From an uncultured Pseudomonadota bacterium (lineage in GTDB: Bacteria; Pseudomonadota; Alphaproteobacteria; Rs-D84): a DNA stretch of 64,000 nt. The DNA lies in NCBI GenBank assembly GCA_947303585.1, contig CAMYYT010000001.1:18008-82007 (forward strand), given 5' to 3'. A program made the translations under genes and the position numbers. The notes under the pieces are model-generated. The model worked only from the letters and a program-made list of their open reading frames with translations. It ran no database searches and was not told the origin of the DNA. Positions 48,576 to 57,384 of this stretch are shown here, piece by piece (position 1 is the stretch's first letter; each line of letters starts with the position of its first letter).

Positions 48576-49229
48576 TTATAATCCCTTTGGTGTATCCATT
48601 TTTACAGATGATATCTTTTTATCCAAAGCTTTAATTACTTCGTCTGTGATATCTAAACCGTTTATGTTGGAACCTGTGCGAGCCATACGGCCATCAATCA
48701 CCAAATCAAGATTTTTCTTTGCAATTACGCCTTCAATAATTGGGTCAAGATGTTTCTTTTGAATTGTGTTCAAAGCTTCTTGGTAAGCAACTTCAATCGC
48801 CTGTGCGCTTTCAGATAAAGTGCGTTGGAAATTGTTCACGCGTTTTTGATATTCGACAACACGTCTTTGCAAAGCTTCTTGGGACAAGACATCTTGAGAT
48901 TTTTCGATATCGGCCTTTTCTTTTTCGATTTCTTTTTGTTCTTTTTCAAGTTTGTTTTTCAATTTTTCTTCAAAAGAAGCACGTTGTTTATGTAAATCTT
49001 CTAATACTTTTGCTTGACCTTGGATTTTATCCATGCTGACCAAAGCAATTCTTAAATCAGCCCCAGTTACAGCGTTTTCAGTCACTTCACTTAAAGCTTT
49101 TTCAACACTAACATTTGATTTAATGCTGGAAACAGCCCAAATGCCCAAAGCGGCAACAACCACAACAGCAGTAGCGACCACACCCATTTTTGTATATTTT
49201 TTTATCATTGGATTTTGTTCGTTTTTCAT
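48576..49229 (-). CDS. OmpH/Skp-like periplasmic chaperone
   Basis: N-terminal TM/signal anchor, a long Lys/Glu/Gln coiled-coil core, and a typical Skp C-terminal strand region. Confidence 0.6.
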   Translation of the reverse strand: MKNEQNPMIKKYTKMGVVATAVVVVAALGIWAVSSIKSNVSVEKALSEVTENAVTGADLRIALVSMDKIQGQAKVLEDLHKQRASFEEKLKNKLEKEQKEIEKEKADIEKSQDVLSQEALQRRVVEYQKRVNNFQRTLSESAQAIEVAYQEALNTIQKKHLDPIIEGVIAKKNLDLVIDGRMARTGSNINGLDITDEVIKALDKKISSVKMDTPKGL

Positions 49230-49305
49230 TTTTCTTTCCTTTTTGTTAATTGGTTATTTTGAATATAGCAAGATTTATGCCAAAAAGTAAAGTATTATTA
49301 TATTG

Positions 49306-49986
49306 TTATCGTGCGGGTGTTAATCTTATTTCTACGCGGCGATTTGTAAGTCGTCCCATATCGTCTTGGGCGGCAATTGGTCGCGCAGAACCGCGCCCCA
49401 CAATAAACATCCGTGATGTAGAAACATTGTGACGCGCAAAATAAACACCAACGCGTTCTGCCATATCCAAAGACAAAGCATGCGCGGCATTTTGATTCTT
49501 CATAGAATCTGTATAGCCTGCAATTTCCATAAAAGTTGCATTATATTTGTTCAAAATTTTTGAGATTATATTTAATGTGTCTGCGCCGTCCGAAGATATA
49601 TCAGCGATATTTTCTTGCATAATTGCGCCACGCACCAAAATAATAACCACATCTGTTCCGGCGCGTTGAACAGACATACCTGGTTTGCGCAAAGCATCAT
49701 ATAATTCGTATTCTAATGCACTCATATAATTAACCAACACTGCATTATCTATGGCGTTTTTATCGCCGTATTGCATGTTGCTGGATAATTCCCCAGTCTG
49801 TGTAATTATCTTGCCACCGTGCCCCATATAAATAGGTAATTTTGCAGCCCGTGATGTTTCGTTCATGTCCATAAAAGATGCACCACTAAGATATTGTTGC
49901 CAATTTTCTCGTGATGGACTTTGGTATTGCAAGCAAGATGCCAGCAATATTGAAAAACTTATAAAAATAATTTGTTTTAATTTCAT
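49306..49986 (-). CDS. OmpA/MotB-domain lipoprotein
   Basis: Lipobox LLASC. C-terminal OmpA-like domain GYTDSMKNQNAAHALSLDMAERV..GRGSARPIA..NRRVEIRL. Confidence 0.75.
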   Translation of the reverse strand: MKLKQIIFISFSILLASCLQYQSPSRENWQQYLSGASFMDMNETSRAAKLPIYMGHGGKIITQTGELSSNMQYGDKNAIDNAVLVNYMSALEYELYDALRKPGMSVQRAGTDVVIILVRGAIMQENIADISSDGADTLNIISKILNKYNATFMEIAGYTDSMKNQNAAHALSLDMAERVGVYFARHNVSTSRMFIVGRGSARPIAAQDDMGRLTNRRVEIRLTPAR

Positions 49987-49989
49987 ATC

Positions 49990-50445
49990 TTATTGTGCAA
50001 AAAACGATATTGTATTGTCGCCAGTTTTCATACAAAATGAAGAATCTCCTGATTCATATCCGTTAACACTTAGATGTGTAATCCAATCAATCTTTTTCGT
50101 AGTGAAATAAGCACATTCTTCAAAACTTAATTCAACAAGATTAACAGAAAATTCGCTGCCATCAAAATTGCTTGTCACAGACCATCCATCTCCACCAGCT
50201 GGCGCTTTGTCGTTAGCAATCACCCCAGATTCAATCAAGAAATCAACGGACACAGGTGTATATCCAGAATATTCCAAAAGAGTTTTAGTTTTTGTCACGA
50301 TGTCTTTCAATTCTTCGTTGGCGATTAAACGCTTTTGCTTTTCATTTGTAGAATGATACATGCTGTATGTGGCGGACAGCATAATTGCACCAATAGCCAA
50401 AACACCGATAATTTCAATTAATGAACGGCCTGATTGTTCTCTCAT
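49990..50445 (-). CDS. Type IV pilin-like / pseudopilin-like protein (151 aa)
   Basis: MREQSG|RSLIEIIGVLAIGAIML shows Gly, then Glu at +5, then a hydrophobic helix. There is a C-terminal Cys pair (EECAYF...SSFCMK). It lies 17 nt after dnaX and 3 nt before the OmpA-like gene. Confidence 0.6.
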   Translation of the reverse strand: MREQSGRSLIEIIGVLAIGAIMLSATYSMYHSTNEKQKRLIANEELKDIVTKTKTLLEYSGYTPVSVDFLIESGVIANDKAPAGGDGWSVTSNFDGSEFSVNLVELSFEECAYFTTKKIDWITHLSVNGYESGDSSFCMKTGDNTISFFAQ

Positions 50446-50462
50446 GTTCTTTTTCCCTTTTT

Positions 50463-51992
50463 TTATTTAGATATATTCACAATCTCTGCGTCTTCAAATA
50501 AATCCATTGCGCTGGCTACCATTGGGTCGGCAGCGATTTCAGCTTTTCTATGCTCGGATATAGTTTGTTGTCCTGGGGCGTTTTCAACGCGTTCCAATGT
50601 CCAGTTTTTTCCAGTATTATCTTTTAACCACAATGCCAATTTTTGAGTAAAATTTTTGTCATTTTGTCTGTCATAATACTTTATTCTCCCGTCTTCAAAT
50701 TCGATTATTTCAAGATTAGAATTATAATGAGAAAACAAAACTATTTCACGCGATTTTTGTAATTCTTCGCCCAAAGATTCAGCGGTTTTTATTTCTAAAA
50801 ATTTTGGTTTTTCCACTATAACAGGTTGTTCAGTTTTTTTTTCTTCGACTGGCCTTTGTTTAAGTAATTCTTGAATAGGTGGCATATCTGCGATATGCAT
50901 TAAACGAACAACCAACATATCAAAGCATTGCTTTTGATTGTTTGAAGCTTGTAATTCAGAAACAGATGCAACCATAACTTGCCATATTCTGGACAAAGTA
51001 TTCAGAGTAATATTTTCGTTTATCTTTTTTATTGTTTCACGCTGGTCAGCTGTATAAGGTGACGAAGTTACATCTTGCAGACGCAAAGACGGATGCATAC
51101 GTGTTGCCCAATGTGTCCATTCCATCATATCGTTTAACAGCATTGTTAAATCTGCACCATTATTGTATATTTCATCCAATTTATTCAACGCGACATTCAC
51201 ATCGCCAGATAAAACAGTTTTCATAAAATTAACAACTGTTCCACGGTCTGTTCTTTTAAGCATATCCAGAACGGCACCTTCGTCAACGTGTCCGCCTGTT
51301 TGTGCGATTGCTTGGTCAAGCAAAGATAAACCGTCACGTACAGAACCATCGGCGGCGCGCGCCAATAATTCATTTGCGCCATCTGATAATTCAATCTTTT
51401 CTTGTTCTGCAACCCAAGCAAAATGTTTTTTCAGAGTTTCAACCGGAACACGTGCCAAATCAAAACGTTGGCAACGCGACAAAATAGTCACAGGAACTTT
51501 TCTAATTTCTGTTGTTGCTAATATAAATATCACATGTGCAGGTGGTTCTTCCAAAGTTTTTAATAACGCGTTGAACGCGCTGGTTGATAACATATGGACT
51601 TCGTCGATAATATAAACTTTGTATCGTGCATTAGTTGGACGATAAAGTGCAGCATCTAATATTTCACGCATGTTATCGACCCCAGTATGAGAAGCGGCGT
51701 CAATTTCCATAACATCAATGTGTTGTCCTGCTGCAATTGCGCGACAGTTTTCGCATACCCCACATGGTTTTGCAGTGGCATGATCCGAAGATAAACAATT
51801 TAATGCTTTGGCCAAAATGCGTGCCGTACTAGTTTTTCCGGTCCCGCGAATACCTGTGAAAATATATGCGTGTGCGATACGTCCTGTGTTAATAGCCGTG
51901 GTTAAAGTTTTGACAAGAACATCTTGTCCAATAAGAGATTCAAAATCTTGACTGCGATACTTGCGGGCTAAGACTGTATAGTTATTTTCCAT
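50463..51992 (-). CDS. dnaX: DNA polymerase III subunit tau (and predicted gamma)
   Basis: Walker A GIRGTGKTS, Zn module CGVCENCRAI, DEVHML (Walker B) and SRC. A C-terminal tau-specific domain follows a Pro/Lys/Glu linker. Confidence 0.93.
   Translation of the reverse strand: MENNYTVLARKYRSQDFESLIGQDVLVKTLTTAINTGRIAHAYIFTGIRGTGKTSTARILAKALNCLSSDHATAKPCGVCENCRAIAAGQHIDVMEIDAASHTGVDNMREILDAALYRPTNARYKVYIIDEVHMLSTSAFNALLKTLEEPPAHVIFILATTEIRKVPVTILSRCQRFDLARVPVETLKKHFAWVAEQEKIELSDGANELLARAADGSVRDGLSLLDQAIAQTGGHVDEGAVLDMLKRTDRGTVVNFMKTVLSGDVNVALNKLDEIYNNGADLTMLLNDMMEWTHWATRMHPSLRLQDVTSSPYTADQRETIKKINENITLNTLSRIWQVMVASVSELQASNNQKQCFDMLVVRLMHIADMPPIQELLKQRPVEEKKTEQPVIVEKPKFLEIKTAESLGEELQKSREIVLFSHYNSNLEIIEFEDGRIKYYDRQNDKNFTQKLALWLKDNTGKNWTLERVENAPGQQTISEHRKAEIAADPMVASAMDLFEDAEIVNISK
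50830..50846 (-). promoter_or_regulatory. A9 slippery run in dnaX with a -1-frame stop
   Basis: The coding strand reads GAA GAA AAA AAA ACT GAA. The -1 frame reads AAA AAA AAC TGA. The A9 run is 50842-50834. Confidence 0.4.
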
Positions 51993-52055
51993 CTAATGCT
52001 TCCTTTGCGCCAAGCATAGCAAATAAATATACGATTTCAATAAAAAATATCTAAA

Positions 52056-52370
52056 TTATTTCAAATTTGCGATGAAATCAGGAAAACCCATTTCTTCGTC
52101 TTCGTTAGAATCGTTTGCGTCTGAATTTTCAGATGTTTCGGCAATTTCTTGGGCCGCAGCTTTGTCTTTTGGATCGCGTTGAGAATCAATTTTTATTTGT
52201 TCTTCATTAACAATACGACCATAATGTTCCGCGGCTTGCAGCAAGCGTTCGCGTTCGATTTCGTCACTTGTTTGACGTGCTTGATCGATATATTGTTTTC
52301 TTTTTTGACGCCATTTATGACAGCGCTGTATCATTTGCCCCACAGAGGTTTGGTTTTTTTTACTTGGCAT
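52056..52370 (-). CDS. DUF4167-like small protein
   Basis: QKRKQYIDQARQ..ERERLLQAAEHYGRIVNE matches the remembered DUF4167 core (..QHAEHY.R..). Acidic C-terminus. Confidence 0.5.
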   Translation of the reverse strand: MPSKKNQTSVGQMIQRCHKWRQKRKQYIDQARQTSDEIERERLLQAAEHYGRIVNEEQIKIDSQRDPKDKAAAQEIAETSENSDANDSNEDEEMGFPDFIANLK

Positions 52371-52464
52371 GTTTTTTCTTTTGTTCTTAAGGAAATTATT
52401 TTTAACGACAATCTATGTTATCGCTCCATTTCAACAACACTATGTTAAAACATCTTAAAACTGA

Positions 52465-52493
52465 TTGCAATAATTTTTTTCAATTGCTATGCT
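52465..52493 (+). promoter_or_regulatory. Candidate promoter of the pilin-like operon
   Basis: TTGCAA (52465-52470), 17-nt spacer, TATGCT (52488-52493). It overlaps the inverted repeat GCAAT..ATTGC. Confidence 0.45.
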
Positions 52494-52517
52494 ACTTATT
52501 AATAGGAGGGATTTTCT

Positions 52518-53870
52518 TTGCAAAACCAAAAGGGTAATTTTTTAATGCAAGCATTATTGGCATTGACTTTGGTTTTTGCTTTTATGCCTTTTTTTGCTAG
52601 TAAATTATCCAGACGCGATATGTCTGCGCAAATGTATGCAGCAACAGAACAAATAGAAACAGTATATGATGTGGCGCGCAATTTTTTACGTGAAGAAAAA
52701 GAAAATTTGCCATATAAAAAACAAGAGTTGTCTGGTGGAACATTTGTTTCTACCTTGGAAAGTTATGGATTGCCTGTTGGGTTTATTCCGCAAACTTCGT
52801 TGGGGCAAGAATTGTCTTTGGTCATAGATAAAAATGAAGATGGAATTTTAAGTTATATTAAAATCAGGGGTGGGGATTTATCTAAAATTGAATTGGCAGA
52901 ATTGGCGCGGCGGATCGGTTTTTATGCTGATGTCAAAGGAAATCACTTAGAAGTGGTCGTTCCAATCGATACTGTATATTCTGATATTGTGTCTAGAAAA
53001 GAAACAGATGAAAATATTGGGTTTTTATCTGAATTGGATATGAACGATAATAACATAGATAAAGTTGGTGTTTTATTTGCGCGAAACGGGGCTTTTGAAA
53101 CGGCACAATTTAATACTTTGGTTCTTTATGGACTTGAATCAGGTCGAAATGAAAAAAATAGCATATCGGACATATACGCAAACAGAACAGTTTTTCAAAG
53201 TGCTGATGGTGGTGCTGCTTTGTCTATGGGGCGCGGTGAATTAAATGTAAGTGATTTGTCTTTACGGACAATTTCAAAATTTGGAACGGCTGGTGGTTTT
53301 GAATCAAACTATGCTTCGGTTTATGAATTTTCGATGGCCGAAGGTAAAACTGGGTTTTCTGGACCGTCTGATTGGATGGTTAGTGGTTCTGTTCGTGCAG
53401 ATAATTTCAGTTTTAATGTGGATAGATTGGAAATAGGTTCATATTTAGATGCGTCTCGTGGTCAAGATGTTTATGTGGATTCAAATTCTTTACAATATAA
53501 CACTAAAATGGGTATAGATGTAAAAAATATTTATGCGGCTAATATATCGTTGCGTGACCAAACTTCGTATGGATTGTTGAATGGACAAACTGGACCATTG
53601 TTAATAGATATTAGACCTGCTGGGACTTCGTTATTACCCGATGTTTATGTTGATACCATAGACAATGATTCTTTTGAAATTATTGAAGATCCAAAATCTG
53701 CAGATACAAAAATGATTTCTTGTCGGGATGTTATAACGGGGTTAAATGGAAATTACAACAAAAAATCTTTGGTGCAAAATATAATTTGTCAGTATGTTTT
53801 TTGGCAAAGGTTAGAAGCAAGAATAGATATAAAACAATGTTTAATGAGTGGCAGAAGTGATTGTATATAA
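52518..53870 (+). CDS. Large pilin-like protein A (450 aa, Gln at +5)
   Basis: TTG start 7 nt after AGGAGGG. N-terminus MQNQKG|NFLMQALLALTLVFAF. Four C-terminal Cys. Paralogous to the next two ORFs. Confidence 0.55.
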   Translation: MQNQKGNFLMQALLALTLVFAFMPFFASKLSRRDMSAQMYAATEQIETVYDVARNFLREEKENLPYKKQELSGGTFVSTLESYGLPVGFIPQTSLGQELSLVIDKNEDGILSYIKIRGGDLSKIELAELARRIGFYADVKGNHLEVVVPIDTVYSDIVSRKETDENIGFLSELDMNDNNIDKVGVLFARNGAFETAQFNTLVLYGLESGRNEKNSISDIYANRTVFQSADGGAALSMGRGELNVSDLSLRTISKFGTAGGFESNYASVYEFSMAEGKTGFSGPSDWMVSGSVRADNFSFNVDRLEIGSYLDASRGQDVYVDSNSLQYNTKMGIDVKNIYAANISLRDQTSYGLLNGQTGPLLIDIRPAGTSLLPDVYVDTIDNDSFEIIEDPKSADTKMISCRDVITGLNGNYNKKSLVQNIICQYVFWQRLEARIDIKQCLMSGRSDCI

Positions 53871-53895
53871 AAAGCATTTTAACAGGTTGGTTTTG

Positions 53896-55053
53896 ATGTC
53901 GCAACGCGGTGCGTCTATGACAGAAGTGATATTGGCAGTGGCTGTAATTGTTGCTGTATCGCCTTTTATATATAATCAAATTTTGAATATGGCGCGCGAT
54001 TCTGAAGATATTGCCAAAGCAAATCAGATTGTAAAATATCGTGATGGAATTATAAATTTCTTACGCATAAATCAAAACAAATGGGAAGATGCGGACGAAA
54101 TAAAAATGACCGATGAAGAAATAGAAGAAATCGCTCCGTTGGCGCATACTGTTTTCATAGATAAATACAAAGTAAATGGCGCCACAATAACCGAAGCGTA
54201 TCTTGCGTTTACTATTCCGCAATCAAGATATCGTGTTGCAAACATTGCTAAACAAATAGGGGAAGATGCAGCCGTTGTTCGTGAAGATGGTATTGCTTAT
54301 TCGCAAAGTTGGGCGGTGTCCGCCCCTGAAAATTTTTATGTGGGTGATTTAATTTATCGTGTTTCGCGTGATTTTGAAGGTGCAGATAAATCTAAATTTT
54401 TACATCGTGGCACAATGGGTGAAGATAATTTAAATCAGATGCAGCGCAATTTGCATATGAATAATTTTAATATATTTAATGTTTCTGATATTGATGCGGT
54501 GTCTGCCAAGATTGTTGATGCGGATGCAGTATTTTTAGATGCATCTGTTGTTGATGCGAATAATATATATTTTTCGTCTGGCGCGAATATGAATTCGGCA
54601 AATATGGCTGTGGGTTCTATGCGTGTTACTGGTGACACAAATGGTTTTAAAACTATAATGGCTGATAAACTTAATGGTGATAAATATACAACAAATGGGC
54701 GTATCATAGCGGACAGAGCTACAATCGGAAATTCAATAAATGTATCTGGGAATTTAATTTTAAAATCTGCCAGCGCCACTACATCAAGTGGTTTTGGTGG
54801 AATTTCAATGAATAAACTTTTGACCCCGTATATTTCTGCAACAGATATGAGCTTTTTTGAAAATTATGGTATAACAGTATCCGGAGAATTATTATTGGCA
54901 GCCCAGGCGCCATTAAAAATAGGAACTTGGGTTTTTCCGTCTGTCACGCCACCATCTTTTTCGAAATTTATATTAACGCGTGCAACATTACCAGCAACAC
55001 CTGATGCAGATGAATTTAAAAAGTTAACAGACAAAGATTGGCAAACGAAATGA
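53896..55053 (+). CDS. Large pilin-like protein B (385 aa)
   Basis: MSQRG|ASMTEVILAVAVIVAV (Glu at +5). Motif FLHRGTMGEDNLNQMQRNLHMNNFNIFNV. The C-terminal half is rich in Asn, Ser, Gly, Val and Ala. The ORF-track GTG start at 53848 overlaps gene A. Confidence 0.55.
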   Translation: MSQRGASMTEVILAVAVIVAVSPFIYNQILNMARDSEDIAKANQIVKYRDGIINFLRINQNKWEDADEIKMTDEEIEEIAPLAHTVFIDKYKVNGATITEAYLAFTIPQSRYRVANIAKQIGEDAAVVREDGIAYSQSWAVSAPENFYVGDLIYRVSRDFEGADKSKFLHRGTMGEDNLNQMQRNLHMNNFNIFNVSDIDAVSAKIVDADAVFLDASVVDANNIYFSSGANMNSANMAVGSMRVTGDTNGFKTIMADKLNGDKYTTNGRIIADRATIGNSINVSGNLILKSASATTSSGFGGISMNKLLTPYISATDMSFFENYGITVSGELLLAAQAPLKIGTWVFPSVTPPSFSKFILTRATLPATPDADEFKKLTDKDWQTK

Positions 55054-56369
55054 TGTTAAGAAAAAAACATTTTGAACAAAAAAATTCACAACATGGTGGT
55101 ATGTTGGTTGAATTGATGATGACTATTGCATTGGCAGCAATCATAATTCCGTTTGTTTTTCGTTATCAGCAAACATCTGTATCTCGTGCCAGAAACGTAG
55201 CGGTCGCCAAACAAATGGAAAATGTTCAAAATGCGCTGGAGAGATATATCATAGAAAACAAAATTGAATTAATGCGTCCAACGGGCAAAAATATATCTCG
55301 AATAAACATAGGGGATTTGGTTAATTATGGTTTGCCCGAATATATTGCGGATAACTACAAAAACGATTATCAGTTGCGCATATTAAAAACAGCAGACAAT
55401 AACAACAAGGCTGTTTTACAGGGTGTTGTAATTTTGTCTAATAGAGAAATAACACCGCTTCGAACACGTGAAATAGTAAACCTTGGTGGTGGCAAATTTG
55501 GTTTTGTTGAAGGAAATACAACATACGGTGGTTTTGGGGCTTTTCGTGCGAATGCCACAGATTTTGGAATTACGGATACCAAAGGTTTAGTTGGAACAAC
55601 GGCTACAACGCGTGGTAGTACAGAATATTTATGGCGTATACCATCAGAAAGTGAAATTGATGCAACAATGCAATCGCCGCTAAATTTGGATGGACACGAT
55701 TTACAGAAAGTGCGTTTTTTTGATGCGTCCAAAGCACAATTTGAAGAAAAATTAAAAGTAGAAAAACTAGCCACAGATTCTTTGGTGTTTTCTAATCGTG
55801 CAACCATAGATGCGGTTTTTGCTACGAATACAGCGGTTGTAAATGGCGCTTTTACATCTGATTCTCGGACTTTGAATGTTGGCGGGGTTTTGGCTTTGGC
55901 AGATTCAGCAAAGTTTTCTTCATTTTATACAAATGATTTGTATGTTAATACTTTGACATTAAATGGTTTTACTGTGACAAAATCAGCAGACAAATCATCA
56001 ACTTTGAAAATCATAGGTGATATGGATTTGGTACTTGGTCATATCACAGCATCGTATGTCTCGGTGGGCTATACAGGTTCTGTCACGCCGCAATTAACAA
56101 TTAGCGAAAAAATCCAAGACCCAAAAGATTCTTCATATTATTGGAATGTGAAAACCAAAAAAGCGCGTTTTGCGGATGTGAATTTTCCAGATTTGGCGCG
56201 TATGGCATCAGACATTGTGAAAATGGAATCTAAACCGGGCAGCGTTGCAACGACTGTTTTTGGTGGTGTTGCAGCAAATGCGAATGCTACGGTCGGAGAT
56301 TATATTAACGCACTGAACGATATACAAACGCAAATCAAGGAAAAATATCAACAGTTGAATTTAGAATAA
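55050..56369 (+). CDS. Large pilin-like protein C (439 aa)
   Basis: MMLRKKHFEQKNSQHG|GMLVELMMTIALAAIII (Glu at +5). ATGA overlap with the gene B stop. Motif YLWRIPSESEIDATMQSPLNLDGHDLQKV. Confidence 0.55.
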   Translation: MMLRKKHFEQKNSQHGGMLVELMMTIALAAIIIPFVFRYQQTSVSRARNVAVAKQMENVQNALERYIIENKIELMRPTGKNISRINIGDLVNYGLPEYIADNYKNDYQLRILKTADNNNKAVLQGVVILSNREITPLRTREIVNLGGGKFGFVEGNTTYGGFGAFRANATDFGITDTKGLVGTTATTRGSTEYLWRIPSESEIDATMQSPLNLDGHDLQKVRFFDASKAQFEEKLKVEKLATDSLVFSNRATIDAVFATNTAVVNGAFTSDSRTLNVGGVLALADSAKFSSFYTNDLYVNTLTLNGFTVTKSADKSSTLKIIGDMDLVLGHITASYVSVGYTGSVTPQLTISEKIQDPKDSSYYWNVKTKKARFADVNFPDLARMASDIVKMESKPGSVATTVFGGVAANANATVGDYINALNDIQTQIKEKYQQLNLE

Positions 56370-56407
56370 TTTATGGTATAAATCTGAAATAACCCTGGGG
56401 GTAATAG

Positions 56408-56920
56408 ATGAAAACAGTATGTGATTTTTGTAAAACTGAATATTTGCTAGATAAAATGCCTAATACACAAGTTAAATGTGCAGTATGTGGGCATGTTTGG
56501 ACGCCACGTGTTCCTTTTCGTCAAAATGCTACCATGAAATTGATTGCGGCTATTTGTGCTTTGATTGCGGCATGTGTGTTTTCATTGGTTGTGGTGTTTA
56601 ATTTTACTTCGAAAAATACTAATAATAAGCCGTTGATTACAACCATAGATGATAAAAACATACATCTTGTAGAAGACGAAACTGGAACCAAGCGTATATT
56701 TGTGTCTGGGGATATCACGAACACCACAGATGATATTTACGGATTGCCAAACATAGTAATCGTTGCATACGATGAACACGACAATGTTTTGTCGCGCCAA
56801 GCTTTTACTCCGCCGGCAACTTTGTTGGAAGCAAAAACCACAGTCACATTTAATCATATGTTGTCTGTGAACCCTGCAAATGTAAAAAGATTATCTGTGG
56901 AATTAAAGGAATCAAAATGA
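56408..56920 (+). CDS. MJ0042-type zinc-ribbon membrane protein (DUF3426-like)
   Basis: CDFCKTEY..VKCAVCGHVW zinc ribbon, one TM (LIAAICALIAACVFSLVVVF), and a C-terminal beta domain resembling DUF3426. Confidence 0.65.
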   Translation: MKTVCDFCKTEYLLDKMPNTQVKCAVCGHVWTPRVPFRQNATMKLIAAICALIAACVFSLVVVFNFTSKNTNNKPLITTIDDKNIHLVEDETGTKRIFVSGDITNTTDDIYGLPNIVIVAYDEHDNVLSRQAFTPPATLLEAKTTVTFNHMLSVNPANVKRLSVELKESK

Positions 56921-57384
56921 AAATTTTGTCAGCAATAATTGCATCAGTTTTATTATCGCCTGCGTTTTCAGCAACTGCGCCAGCGCCACAACCTGCTCCG
57001 CGGGTCAGTTTGTTTTCTACATCAGTAGATTGGGCGGCGGTAACTGGTCGTCCTTGGCAACAATACAAAGGTGAAATCAGTGGCAGAAACAGAAAATTGA
57101 TAAAACAGGGTCTGGTATTATATTACCTTGATGCTTTTCCTTGCTATGGCGAAGCGGACAGCGTTCGCGTTTGGATATCCCCAGATGGTGAAATGTACGG
57201 GCATTTGCGTTTAGTCTGTATTGCTGCCCCAAAGACAGTATCATTTGCTTATCGTAATGCAGTGCAAGATGCTTTGGACGCGCGCACAGATGGAATTTTA
57301 ATCTGTCCGACAGATGCTGAAAGATATTTTAAGATAGATCTTTCTAAATGTGAAATTGGGCCAAAATGGACGGAATATAAATAA
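56917..57384 (+). CDS. Secreted hypothetical protein (155 aa)
   Basis: Signal peptide MKILSAIIASVLLSPAFSA. ATGA overlap upstream and TAATG overlap with rluD. Confidence 0.5.
   Translation: MKILSAIIASVLLSPAFSATAPAPQPAPRVSLFSTSVDWAAVTGRPWQQYKGEISGRNRKLIKQGLVLYYLDAFPCYGEADSVRVWISPDGEMYGHLRLVCIAAPKTVSFAYRNAVQDALDARTDGILICPTDAERYFKIDLSKCEIGPKWTEYK

Noticed and set aside
52518-56369. Shufflon-type DNA inversion system for the PilV-like genes.
   Set aside because: By eye I see no oppositely oriented C-terminal cassettes, no repeated sfx-like 19-bp sites and no rci-type recombinase gene. The antisense ORFs at 54435-54779 and 55370-55807 look like shadow ORFs.
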